In this document: positions 9,590 through 18,558 of the stretch, piece by piece
Layout: each line of letters begins with the position of its first letter
Numbering within the stretch: the stretch's first letter is position 1
Source: Zymomonas mobilis subsp. mobilis ATCC 10988
GTDB lineage: Bacteria; Pseudomonadota; Alphaproteobacteria; Sphingomonadales; Sphingomonadaceae
DNA: 32,000 nt
Assembly (NCBI RefSeq): GCF_000175255.2
Contig: NC_017262.1
Location: forward strand, 660,001 to 692,000
Direction of reading: 5' to 3'
Program-made: the position numbers and the translations under genes
Notes under the pieces: model-generated
Database searches by the model: none
Told to the model about the DNA's origin: nothing
The model's input: the letters and a program-made list of their open reading frames with translations, nothing else

Positions 9590-11116
9590 CTATAAAAATT
9601 CGACCACTTCGCTGGCTTCAAAACTATTCGCCAAAGACCGCAATCGGCGCAGGACGGTCTCGCCTTTTAATTTATAATTACCGGAAAATTGCAGGATAAT
9701 TTTGTTATTCCGATAAAGAATAGTGCTTTTTTTCAGGCTAGTCGTTACACCGCCTGACAAACGCATACCCAAACGAATGGCTTTACCCCAACGCACAGCG
9801 CGGATCGTATCCGCTTCACTCAACAAATTATTAGTGATTTTCTTATCCATTGCACCGTCATAGCTGACGGCTAAAGCCTGACCGATCAAAGCCCGTCCAT
9901 AGGCATCCAATCCGACCCAACGCCCATGTAGAATAATACTCAAAATTTGTTCAGCCCGAAAATCGGGATTAGCCTGCCAGGCGCTATCTGCCAATAAACA
10001 AGCCGCATGACGTAAACGGTGATAAGCGGGCGGATCTTGAGCAAAAAGGGTCGACATCCAATCGTAAAGCGCCTCACCCTGCTGATAAAAACGACCTGCC
10101 GTTTCACCGCGCTGATTGGCACTCCATAAAAGCGGGTCTAACTTGCGGGTTGCCTTATCAAGGCTAAGATAGAGCAAACCTTCCCTTAATCCATAAGCCG
10201 AAGTCACCAAGGCTCGGCTATGAAGATGACGGCTCACCACGGCTAACAACGCAGCTGCATCCGAAAGCTGCTCGACACGCGAAGTTGAAATATTCGCCTT
10301 ATTTTTCAACTTCTTGGGACTATTGCGCTGAATAACCCGTATCAATTTGGAAGGTCGATCGGGCGACATGATATAATTATGTAAAACAGGGATCGGATAA
10401 TGCCTGACATGCATATCCAATTTAGCCAAAGACCGCCAAGCGCCGCCGACCATATAGAAAGGCAAATCGCGGGCATCGGCCAGCCAATCAATCTTCTTAA
10501 AGGCTTCCGATATAAAGTTATCCAAAGCATTGCGGCTTTTTTTACGAATATCCGCAATTCTTAAAACACCCAAGGGCAAAGAAACTCTGTCCTTCACCCG
10601 CCCTTTCGATATACGGATCAGTTCAAGACTACCGCCACCCAAATCGCCAACAATTCCGTCTGCATCGGGGATAGCGGACAAAACGCCATAACCGGAAGCA
10701 TAGCCCTCTTCTTCGCCCGACAAGACTTCAACTTCTAGCCCGATTTTGGCTATTTCACCGAGAAGGAAAGCTCCATTTTTAGCATCTCTCACCGCGGCTG
10801 TCGCAACCGTTCTAAGAGAGCTAAGTTCCATAATTTGCGCTAATTTCCAAAAACGCGTTAATTCGGATATTGCCAGCTCAATCGCTTTTTCATCAATTCG
10901 GCCATCTACTGGAATATTGCGGCCTAATTGGGCTGAAATCTTTTCATTGAACAGGATTCTCGGGGCGCGACTTAACTGGTCATACACCACCAGACGGATG
11001 GAATTAGAACCAATATCAATGATACCGATAGGTCCCGATTTGCACCATTTTTTCTGTTTCGGCATCGGGCATTTTTTATCCACGTCGTTCGATCCCTGCC
11101 TGTTATTCAATATCAT
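9590..11116 (-). CDS. ppx: Exopolyphosphatase (Ppx/GppA family)
   Basis: IGIIDIGSNSIRLVVYD and DLGGGSLEL are Ppx/GppA ASKHA-fold phosphate-binding motifs. The start is uncertain; an internal ATG at 11065 or a GTG a few codons upstream of it are alternatives. Confidence 0.9.
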   Translation of the reverse strand: MILNNRQGSNDVDKKCPMPKQKKWCKSGPIGIIDIGSNSIRLVVYDQLSRAPRILFNEKISAQLGRNIPVDGRIDEKAIELAISELTRFWKLAQIMELSSLRTVATAAVRDAKNGAFLLGEIAKIGLEVEVLSGEEEGYASGYGVLSAIPDADGIVGDLGGGSLELIRISKGRVKDRVSLPLGVLRIADIRKKSRNALDNFISEAFKKIDWLADARDLPFYMVGGAWRSLAKLDMHVRHYPIPVLHNYIMSPDRPSKLIRVIQRNSPKKLKNKANISTSRVEQLSDAAALLAVVSRHLHSRALVTSAYGLREGLLYLSLDKATRKLDPLLWSANQRGETAGRFYQQGEALYDWMSTLFAQDPPAYHRLRHAACLLADSAWQANPDFRAEQILSIILHGRWVGLDAYGRALIGQALAVSYDGAMDKKITNNLLSEADTIRAVRWGKAIRLGMRLSGGVTTSLKKSTILYRNNKIILQFSGNYKLKGETVLRRLRSLANSFEASEVVEFL

Positions 11117-11282
11117 GAAAAATCCGTTTTAAAGGGTCACTAGGACATAAAACTGGCCGCTAGGCAGGGAAAAACCTCCCTAATCCTATAATGCTCTTAT
11201 CCTATCACAGAAAAAAATCATTCCTTTTTATAGAAATATCGCCAGCCCATTATTAAAAAACAACAGGCTGGCTTATTCCATG

Positions 11283-13436
11283 CTAGATCTCTTCTCTAAG
11301 CTGCAATTTCGGAATTTTATTTTCAATCAAGGCCGTGCCACGCCCTGACAAGGATGGATTGGTCATAAAATAATGATGCAGATTGAACAAATGTTCGGGG
11401 TCTTTAATGCGTTCATAGCGGCCATCTGGTAACAAACGCCAACTCTGTTCGCTATCCAATAAATTGGCGACCATAATCTGATCTAATACCTGCGCATGAA
11501 CGGTCGGATTTTCGATCGGAACCAAAGTTTCAACGCGCCGGTCAAAATTCCGCTGCATCCAGTCAGCCGATGAAATAAAGACCAAGGCATCTTTATGGGG
11601 CAATCCATGTCCATTCCCGAAACAGACAATCCGGCTATGTTCCAAAAAGCGCCCGACAATAGATTTTACCCGAATATTATCGGACAACCCTGGCACTTGA
11701 GGCCGCAAGCAACAGATACCACGGACAATAAGGTCAATATGAACACCAGCCTGAGATGCCCGATACAGGCTTTCAATAATGGCCGGATCAACCACTGAAT
11801 TTAATTTAGCCCAGATGACACCCGGCCGCCCTGCTTTGACATGCTCGATTTCAGCATCAATCAACTTCTGTAATTTATCCCGCAAACCATGCGGCGACAA
11901 AGACAACATTTCAAGATGCGGCGGCTCGACATAACCGGTGACATAATTAAAAAGCTGGGCGGCATCACGCCCTGCCCGCTGATCGGCGGTAAAGAAACTC
12001 AAATCAGTATAAATACGCGCCGTTACCGGATGGTAATTGCCGGTTCCGAAATGGCAATAGGTGCGATAACTGTTGCCTTCGCGACGAACAACCATCGAAA
12101 CCTTGGCATGGGTTTTCCAGTCAATAAAGCCATAGACAACCTGAACCCCTGCCCGTTCCAATTGGGTCGCCCATTTCAAATTCTGTTCTTCATCAAAACG
12201 GGCTTTCAACTCAACCAAGGCCGTTACCGATTTCCCCGCATCAGCCGCGTCAACCAGCGAGCGAATAACCGCGGATTGTTTACCAGCGCGGTATAATGTT
12301 TGCTTGATAGCCACGACATCGGGATCGGCGGCTGCTTGCTGTAAAAAGGCCAAAACGACGTCAAAGGTTTCGTAGGGGTGATGGACGATGATATCTTTTG
12401 CGCGAATAGCTGCGAAGCAGTCGCCGCCATATTCCATAATCCGTTCGGGAAATCGAGGCGTGAAAGGCGCGAATTTTAAATCCGGCCTCTCTTCTTCCAC
12501 CATTCGACTTAAATCAGAAATAGCGAGGAAACCGCTGCTCTGGAATAAAATTGCATCACCGCTAATCTCATCACAAACCAGTTTTTCCAAATCCGGCGGC
12601 ATATCTTTTTCCATTTCCAGCTGGATAACACGCCCTTTGCGGCGCATTTTCAACGCAGAATGGAAAGACAGAACAAGATCTTCGGCCTCTTCCTGAAATT
12701 CGATATCACTATCACGGATAAGACGGAATGCACCGTGACTGATGACATCAAAACCGGGGAAAAGAATAGAAACAAAACGCCGGATCAAGGTCTCAATCGC
12801 AACATAACGCGCCGGATTTTGCGGTGAACTGGCACCAGAAGGTAAACGGATAAAACGCGGCAAGGTCGACGGAATCATCAATAATTCACGCACCGGAATT
12901 TTATCAACCTGCCGCACCAGATCAAAAACAAGGCTAAAGCCTTTATTCGGAATAAAGGGGAAAGGATGCGCTGGATCAAGCGCTTGCGGTGTCAAAACCG
13001 GAAAAACCTGTTCCCGAAAATGATTTTCCAAAATTTCGGCATCTTCGCCGTTAATTTCGTCGATATTCAACACTTGAATACCAACGGTTTTCATCTCTTC
13101 ACGCAACGACAACCAACATTCTTGCTGGCTTGCCATCAATTCGCGGGTGCTCTCTGTCAACGCCGCTAATTGCTGACCAATCGTCATACCGTCATTGGAA
13201 TACGCATTCAGGCTTTGCAGTTGCTGGCCTTTTAATCCGGCCACGCGAACCATGAAAAATTCATCAAGATTATTGCCGGAAATAGACAGGAAACGTAACC
13301 GCTCCAATAACGGATGAACCTTGTTGCCAGCCTCTTCAAGGACGCGATGATTAAAGGACAACCATGACAATTCCCGATTAAAAAAACGTTCATTCAGAGG
13401 TAGTTGGGCAATAAGGGACATATTATTTTCTTTCAT
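11283..13436 (-). CDS. ppk: Polyphosphate kinase 1
   Basis: 717 aa. FFNRELSWLSFNHRVLEEA is the canonical PPK1 N-terminus. WKTHAKVSMVVRRE contains the autophosphorylated-His context, and there are two PLD-like C-terminal domains (FLEHSRI). An alternative start is the sixth codon (ATG 13421). Confidence 0.95.
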   Translation of the reverse strand: MKENNMSLIAQLPLNERFFNRELSWLSFNHRVLEEAGNKVHPLLERLRFLSISGNNLDEFFMVRVAGLKGQQLQSLNAYSNDGMTIGQQLAALTESTRELMASQQECWLSLREEMKTVGIQVLNIDEINGEDAEILENHFREQVFPVLTPQALDPAHPFPFIPNKGFSLVFDLVRQVDKIPVRELLMIPSTLPRFIRLPSGASSPQNPARYVAIETLIRRFVSILFPGFDVISHGAFRLIRDSDIEFQEEAEDLVLSFHSALKMRRKGRVIQLEMEKDMPPDLEKLVCDEISGDAILFQSSGFLAISDLSRMVEEERPDLKFAPFTPRFPERIMEYGGDCFAAIRAKDIIVHHPYETFDVVLAFLQQAAADPDVVAIKQTLYRAGKQSAVIRSLVDAADAGKSVTALVELKARFDEEQNLKWATQLERAGVQVVYGFIDWKTHAKVSMVVRREGNSYRTYCHFGTGNYHPVTARIYTDLSFFTADQRAGRDAAQLFNYVTGYVEPPHLEMLSLSPHGLRDKLQKLIDAEIEHVKAGRPGVIWAKLNSVVDPAIIESLYRASQAGVHIDLIVRGICCLRPQVPGLSDNIRVKSIVGRFLEHSRIVCFGNGHGLPHKDALVFISSADWMQRNFDRRVETLVPIENPTVHAQVLDQIMVANLLDSEQSWRLLPDGRYERIKDPEHLFNLHHYFMTNPSLSGRGTALIENKIPKLQLREEI

Positions 13437-13617
13437 CCATTAAGCGGAAAAGAACCACTGGCAGCTATCTCGACAAAAACGATCAGGCGCTTTCTCAACT
13501 TTGTATAGTGACAGATCTGATTTTCGAATCAACTCTATCAAAGATATGTGATATTTTTATAAAACCGCTTTTCTTTCTTCCGGTTGCCCCATAACGACAA
13601 AAAAAGACGACCCCGAA

Positions 13618-14262
13618 TTATATTTTTCGGCCACGTCTTTCTTCATCGGGGATTTCTTCACCGGCCATAATCGCGCGCACCATATTCAGGGTAATCGGGC
13701 CCCGTCTTTTCAAGGCCGCCTGATCCAACTTGTCGATCCAGTCCAAAACCGCAATATAATTATGCTCGATACGCGGCGTTACCCATTCCAATATTTCGGT
13801 TGAAACTGGCAATCCACGTCGCCCCAAACGCCTTTCAATCAAGGCCGCAATCAACGAATCGTCCGGTGCCTTAATCACCAAATGGGGGCTCGCTATCATT
13901 CGAGAACGTAAATCCGGCAATCTAATTTTCCAAAGCGGCGGCGGTTGATCGGCAATCACCAACAAAGGTCGCTTTAATCGCTCCGCCCTATTCCATGCAT
14001 GGAAAATAAATTCTTCTGACCGTCTTTCCGCATTATCAATCAATTCGCCGCCGGTGCGGGCAACAAACAGTCGCCCCAAAAGGCTGCGCCCCGATTTACG
14101 CATACCTGTTAAAAGCGCCGATTTTACAGGCCATTTCTGCCACAAACGCAACTGCTCAACGGCGATATTATTGGCGTCACTGACAATAAAATCTCCATCA
14201 TTTTCTGGCTCTGGCCAGATCAGAGGCAATGCCATCTGGGTGACAGGAGGAGAAGAGGTCAT
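13618..14262 (-). CDS. hdaA: DnaA-related regulatory protein HdaA (Hda homologue)
   Basis: 214 aa. N-terminal QMALPL resembles the beta-clamp-binding motif. The central part is an AAA+-like core. LPDLRSRM and the C-terminal PITLNMVRAIM match the Hda/DnaA domain III layout. The position between ppk and purM matches alphaproteobacterial synteny as I recall it. Confidence 0.75.
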   Translation of the reverse strand: MTSSPPVTQMALPLIWPEPENDGDFIVSDANNIAVEQLRLWQKWPVKSALLTGMRKSGRSLLGRLFVARTGGELIDNAERRSEEFIFHAWNRAERLKRPLLVIADQPPPLWKIRLPDLRSRMIASPHLVIKAPDDSLIAALIERRLGRRGLPVSTEILEWVTPRIEHNYIAVLDWIDKLDQAALKRRGPITLNMVRAIMAGEEIPDEERRGRKI

Positions 14263-14265
14263 CGG

Positions 14266-15363
14266 TCAGGGCGTGGGCGCCAAGGGCGCCTCCTTTCTTT
14301 TTTCGGGGCTGGATAAGCCAGCTTGGTTATCATTTTTCAAAACAGCCTTCCCTTGCGGGGAAGAAACCGGCGTTGGGGTTATCGTTCTTTGCGTAAATGT
14401 CGACACTTCCGAAGCCGGAGCCTCGATAGAAATAAAGGTCTGATCATTTTCAAGATTACCGCCAAACAAAGCCATCATATAGATCGCATCTATATGCTCA
14501 ACACCTTGTTTTAATAAGACAGGTAAATTCTCTACCGAAGCCGTTTTTAAAGTAAAATGGCCTAATATTTTTTGATCAATACCGTATTTCGCTAAAAAGG
14601 AAACAGAAACAGGGCCTCCCGGCCAACTATAATGCAACCGTATTTCAGGAGTCAAAAGACCACTCGCGCCATATTGCTCCAAAATATTTTGCCATTGTGC
14701 CTTATTATGGCTGCCAAGCTGGGTCGCATTCAACAAAACTGGATCAAGATTATCGCCAGTCGGCCTGACATAGGCAATGTGACTATGGCTGGTTTTGAAT
14801 TCTGCCCAGGCTTTTTGCCAGGCATTCCGCCATTCAAAACTAATCGGCGCTCCGGCTGTCCATGTCAAAGGCACCAATAACATCGGCGAAGAATGGTGAT
14901 GATTCTTGCGAAGGCCAAGTAACGCCCCACCCCGCGCCCGATCGAACTCTACCCCCAAAGTAGCAATATAACGATTCGCGCTAATCTCTTCTTTTTCAAC
15001 CACTACCGAAGACACAATCGAATCCAGCTTTTTGTCAGAAAAAGGCGTGGTTGGATCTTTCAGATTATCATCGCGGTCAAAATCATTCCGCTTGTCCCAC
15101 AATAATTGCCAGGCTTTTCTCTCTGCCAAACGCCATCCAATCAATCGGGCATTTTCACCTGATGAAGCACTGACATCGACACGAATACCGGTGACCAACA
15201 AATTTTCGGTTGTCTCAACTGGCGGAATACCTCTATCTCCCGGTTCAAGCTGGGCATAGGCAATGGTCGGGAACAAACTGTAACCGGTTATTATGGCCGG
15301 TAACAATCCGAAGAAAAAACGGGAAACTCCGTCAAAAAATGCTAATCTCCGCTTCACATGCAA
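14266..15363 (-). CDS. Hypothetical exported/membrane-anchored protein of unknown function, translationally coupled to hdaA
   Basis: 365 aa. The N-terminal hydrophobic segment FFFGLLPAIITGYSLFPTIAYAQ looks like a signal peptide or anchor. The C-terminal tail is Pro/Ser/Lys-rich. I recognise no catalytic motif. Its stop (14266-14268) lies 3 nt before the hdaA ATG (14262-14260). Confidence 0.6.
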   Translation of the reverse strand: MHVKRRLAFFDGVSRFFFGLLPAIITGYSLFPTIAYAQLEPGDRGIPPVETTENLLVTGIRVDVSASSGENARLIGWRLAERKAWQLLWDKRNDFDRDDNLKDPTTPFSDKKLDSIVSSVVVEKEEISANRYIATLGVEFDRARGGALLGLRKNHHHSSPMLLVPLTWTAGAPISFEWRNAWQKAWAEFKTSHSHIAYVRPTGDNLDPVLLNATQLGSHNKAQWQNILEQYGASGLLTPEIRLHYSWPGGPVSVSFLAKYGIDQKILGHFTLKTASVENLPVLLKQGVEHIDAIYMMALFGGNLENDQTFISIEAPASEVSTFTQRTITPTPVSSPQGKAVLKNDNQAGLSSPEKRKEAPLAPTP

Positions 15364-15417
15364 CCTTTTGAACAGTTCAGCTTAGAAATCCAAGTCTGAT
15401 GGTGTAGGGCTTTTTTT

Positions 15418-16518
15418 ATGACTAATAACAGCACGCAAAAATACAGTTATGCCGATGCCGGCGTTTCTATCGCAACCGGTAATGCGCTGGTCAAAGCCAT
15501 TGCACCCCTTGCCCGTGCGACGGCGAGAGCCGGAGCCAATGCCGATCTCGGAGGTTTCGGCGGCTTTTTTGATTTAAAAGCAGCCGGCTTCAATGATCCG
15601 TTACTGGTCGCGGCGAATGATGGTGTCGGAACCAAGGTAAAATTGGCGATTACCGGCAACCGTCACGATCATGTAGGCATTGACCTTGTGGCGATGTGTG
15701 TCAATGACCTGATTGTCCAAGGTGCCGAACCTTTATTCTTTTTAGACTATTTTGCTTCAGGTCATCTCGATCCCGAATTAGCCAAAAGAGTCATCGCAGG
15801 TATTGCCGAAGGCTGCAAGATTGCCGGCTGCGCTTTGATCGGTGGCGAAACGGCTGAAATGCCCGGCCTCTACGCCGATGGCGATTACGATCTGGCGGGT
15901 TTCTCTGTTGGTGCCGTCGAACGTTCTCAAGTGTTGGAAGCAGGTCGCGTCCGTGCGGGTGACATCATTCTGGGTATGGCCTCTTCCGGTGTTCACTCCA
16001 ACGGTTTTTCGCTTGTCCGCAAATTAGCCGACGGCCAAAAATGGGATTTAAAGGCTCCAGCGCCTTTCAAAAAGGACACGCTTCTTATTGATGTCTTGAT
16101 GGAACCGACCCGCATTTATGTCCGGTCACTATTACCTCTCATCCGCCAGAATGTCATTGCAGCCTTGGCACATATCACCGGCGGCGGTTTGCTTGAAAAT
16201 ATTCCGCGCACGCTTCCCGACAACTGCCATGCCGTTATTGATGCCAATCGTTGGGAACAGCCGGATTTGATGCAATTCTTGCAGCAAGAAGGCAATCTTG
16301 ATCCCGCCGAAATGGCGAGAACCTTTAACTGCGGTATTGGCATGGCGGTAATCGTCCATCCCGAAGATGCTGCCACCGTCCAAGCCGCTTTACATGAAGC
16401 AGGCGAAAGTGTTTATTCCATCGGAATAATCGAAGAAGGTCAGAAAGGCTGCACAGTTGCAGGCAAAGCCGGAAGCTGGAACAGCACTTCAGACTGGAAA
16501 GTAACCCATAATGGCTAA
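15418..16518 (+). CDS. purM: Phosphoribosylformylglycinamidine cyclo-ligase (AIR synthetase)
   Basis: 366 aa. Contains [24 protein letters not shown] and [11 protein letters not shown], which are PurM motifs. Confidence 0.97.
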   Translation: MTNNSTQKYSYADAGVSIATGNALVKAIAPLARATARAGANADLGGFGGFFDLKAAGFNDPLLVAANDGVGTKVKLAITGNRHDHVGIDLVAMCVNDLIVQGAEPLFFLDYFASGHLDPELAKRVIAGIAEGCKIAGCALIGGETAEMPGLYADGDYDLAGFSVGAVERSQVLEAGRVRAGDIILGMASSGVHSNGFSLVRKLADGQKWDLKAPAPFKKDTLLIDVLMEPTRIYVRSLLPLIRQNVIAALAHITGGGLLENIPRTLPDNCHAVIDANRWEQPDLMQFLQQEGNLDPAEMARTFNCGIGMAVIVHPEDAATVQAALHEAGESVYSIGIIEEGQKGCTVAGKAGSWNSTSDWKVTHNG

Positions 16519-17137
16519 TAGCCCAGCAAAGAAGAAGGTCGGTGTTTTAATCTCCGGCCGTGGATCGAATATGGAAGCCTTGATCGAGGCTTCCAACCGC
16601 CCCGATTGCCCTTATGAAATCACCTTGGTCTTCTCCAATATTGAAGATGCCCAAGGCCTCAAAATCGCCGAAGAGGCTGGCATCAAAACAGCTTTTCTCG
16701 ATCATCGCGGACATGGCGGACGGGCAGCTTATGATCAAAAAGTGCTGGCTATCTTACAGGAAGCCAAACTCGATATCGTGGTTCTCGCCGGTTATATGCG
16801 GATTGTAACGCCGGAATTTGTCTCAGCATGGGAAGGCCGGATGCTCAACATCCACCCCGCCCTTTTACCGAGCTTTACTGGACTTGATACCCATAAACGC
16901 GCGCTAGAATCTGGGGTCAGATGGCATGGCTGCACCGTGCATTTTGTCACTTCCGAACTAGATGCTGGGCCCATCATCACACAGGCGGCCGTTCCGGTCT
17001 ACGAAGACGACACCGAAGATAGCTTGGCAAAAAGGGTGTTGAAAGAAGAACACCGCATCTACGCCGAGGCGCTAGAAGACCTTGCTGCCGATCGTCTTAT
17101 TCTCAAAGATAACCGCGTTTTTCATAAGAAAGGATAA
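16511..17137 (+). CDS. purN: Phosphoribosylglycinamide formyltransferase
   Basis: 208 aa. Contains [24 protein letters not shown] and [14 protein letters not shown], which are PurN motifs. It overlaps purM by 8 nt. Confidence 0.95.
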   Translation: MANSPAKKKVGVLISGRGSNMEALIEASNRPDCPYEITLVFSNIEDAQGLKIAEEAGIKTAFLDHRGHGGRAAYDQKVLAILQEAKLDIVVLAGYMRIVTPEFVSAWEGRMLNIHPALLPSFTGLDTHKRALESGVRWHGCTVHFVTSELDAGPIITQAAVPVYEDDTEDSLAKRVLKEEHRIYAEALEDLAADRLILKDNRVFHKKG

Positions 17138-17141
17138 TCTT

Positions 17142-17906
17142 ATGACAAAGGAATCTTCTGTCAAAATCGGTTTGATTGGCGCGGCTGGCCGGATGGGGAA
17201 AGCCATTCAAGAAGCCGCATCACAGCAAGACATTCAGCTATCTGGTGGCATCGGCCGGAAAGGTGCCGAATTCGGCAGCTATAACGATAGCGAAAGTCTG
17301 GCCAAGGCCTCTGATGTTTTGATCGACTTTTCAACGGCGGCGGCTCTTAAAGATAATATCGAAGCCGCCCTCCATCACAAAAAACCGATTATTATCGGCA
17401 CGACCGGCCTTACGGAAGCCGATCACCAACTGATTGAGCAAGCCGCTTCTAAAATTCCGGTTATCTTGGCCGCTAACACCTCGCTTGGGGTCAATATGCT
17501 GGCTGCTTTGGTCAAACAGGCTGCCGCCAAATTAGGCAGCGATTGGGATATCGAAATTGTGGAGATGCATCATCGCCACAAGAAAGATGCTCCATCAGGC
17601 ACAGCTTTATTACTAGGACGTGCCGCCGCCGAAGGCCGTGGCGAAAAATTGGAAGACATCGCCGATTTACAGCGCTGCCCCGCCACCGAACCGCGCGAAA
17701 CAGGCCGGATCGGCTTTGCCAGCTTACGGGGTGGCTCGGTTGCAGGCGACCATATGGTTGTTTTTGCGAGCGAAGGTGAAAGAATCGAATTAGGCCACCG
17801 CGCCGAAAGTCGGATTATTTTTGCCCGTGGTGCTTTGAAGGCCGCGCTTTGGCTTGCCGATCAATCTGCCGGATTTTACCAGATGAAGGACGTTCTTGGT
17901 TTATGA
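17142..17906 (+). CDS. dapB: 4-hydroxy-tetrahydrodipicolinate reductase
   Basis: Contains IGLIGAAGRMGKAI (Rossmann motif) and EIVEMHHRHKKDAPSGTA (DapB signature). I prefer ATG 17142 (MTKESSVKIG), 4 nt after the purN stop, over the extended start at 17082 in the ORF track. Confidence 0.93.
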   Translation: MTKESSVKIGLIGAAGRMGKAIQEAASQQDIQLSGGIGRKGAEFGSYNDSESLAKASDVLIDFSTAAALKDNIEAALHHKKPIIIGTTGLTEADHQLIEQAASKIPVILAANTSLGVNMLAALVKQAAAKLGSDWDIEIVEMHHRHKKDAPSGTALLLGRAAAEGRGEKLEDIADLQRCPATEPRETGRIGFASLRGGSVAGDHMVVFASEGERIELGHRAESRIIFARGALKAALWLADQSAGFYQMKDVLGL

Positions 17907-18550
17907 CCCCCGATTCTGTTGAAGAATTTTATCGGCGCTTAGCCAAGGATAATCCCAATCCGCGTTCGGAATTGGTTTTCAAAAATCCTTATACTTTACT
18001 GGTATCGGTTGTCCTGTCCGCACAGGCAACCGATGTCAGCGTTAACAAGGCGACTGAACCGTTATTCAAAATTGTCGACACCCCGCAACAGATGGTTAAC
18101 CTCGGGGAAGATCGCTTGAAAGACTATATCCGATCCATCGGGCTTTATAATAACAAAGCCAAAAATATCATTGCCCTGTCGCATATTCTGGTTGAAAAAT
18201 ACCAAGGACAAGTGCCTGCCGATCAAAAGGCATTGGAAGCGTTACCGGGGGTTGGACGGAAAACTGCTTTGGTCGTTTTGAATGTCGCCTTCAATCGTCC
18301 TACCATCGCGGTCGACACCCATATTTTTCGGGTTGCCAACCGGACAGGACTTGCCCCTGGCAAAGATGTCCGCGCTGTCGAAAAGGCATTAGAAGACGTC
18401 ACGCCCGAAAAATATCGCCTTCATGCGCATCATTGGCTCATTCTTTTCGGACGTTATATCTGTAAGGCCAGAAAACCCGAATGCCTGCGCTGCTTCGAAT
18501 CTGACCTTTGCGCCGCCGTCAAGGAAACGGGTATTCCCCTTCAATCCTGA
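17903..18550 (+). CDS. nth: Endonuclease III (DNA glycosylase / AP lyase)
   Basis: Contains the HhH-GPD block LPGVGRKTALVVLN, the catalytic D in VDTHIFRV, and a C-terminal 4Fe-4S cluster loop C-x6-C-x2-C-x5-C (CKARKPECLRCFESDLC). ATG 17903 overlaps the dapB stop as ATGA. The start at 17849 in the ORF track is probably too long. Confidence 0.93.
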   Translation: MTPDSVEEFYRRLAKDNPNPRSELVFKNPYTLLVSVVLSAQATDVSVNKATEPLFKIVDTPQQMVNLGEDRLKDYIRSIGLYNNKAKNIIALSHILVEKYQGQVPADQKALEALPGVGRKTALVVLNVAFNRPTIAVDTHIFRVANRTGLAPGKDVRAVEKALEDVTPEKYRLHAHHWLILFGRYICKARKPECLRCFESDLCAAVKETGIPLQS

Positions 18551-18558
18551 TGCATCGC

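Noticed and set aside
11076-11084. DnaA-box-like TTATCCACG near the ppx start, not far from hdaA
   Set aside because: It is a single 8/9 match inside or next to coding sequence, with no cluster and no AT-rich unwinding element. This is consistent with chance.
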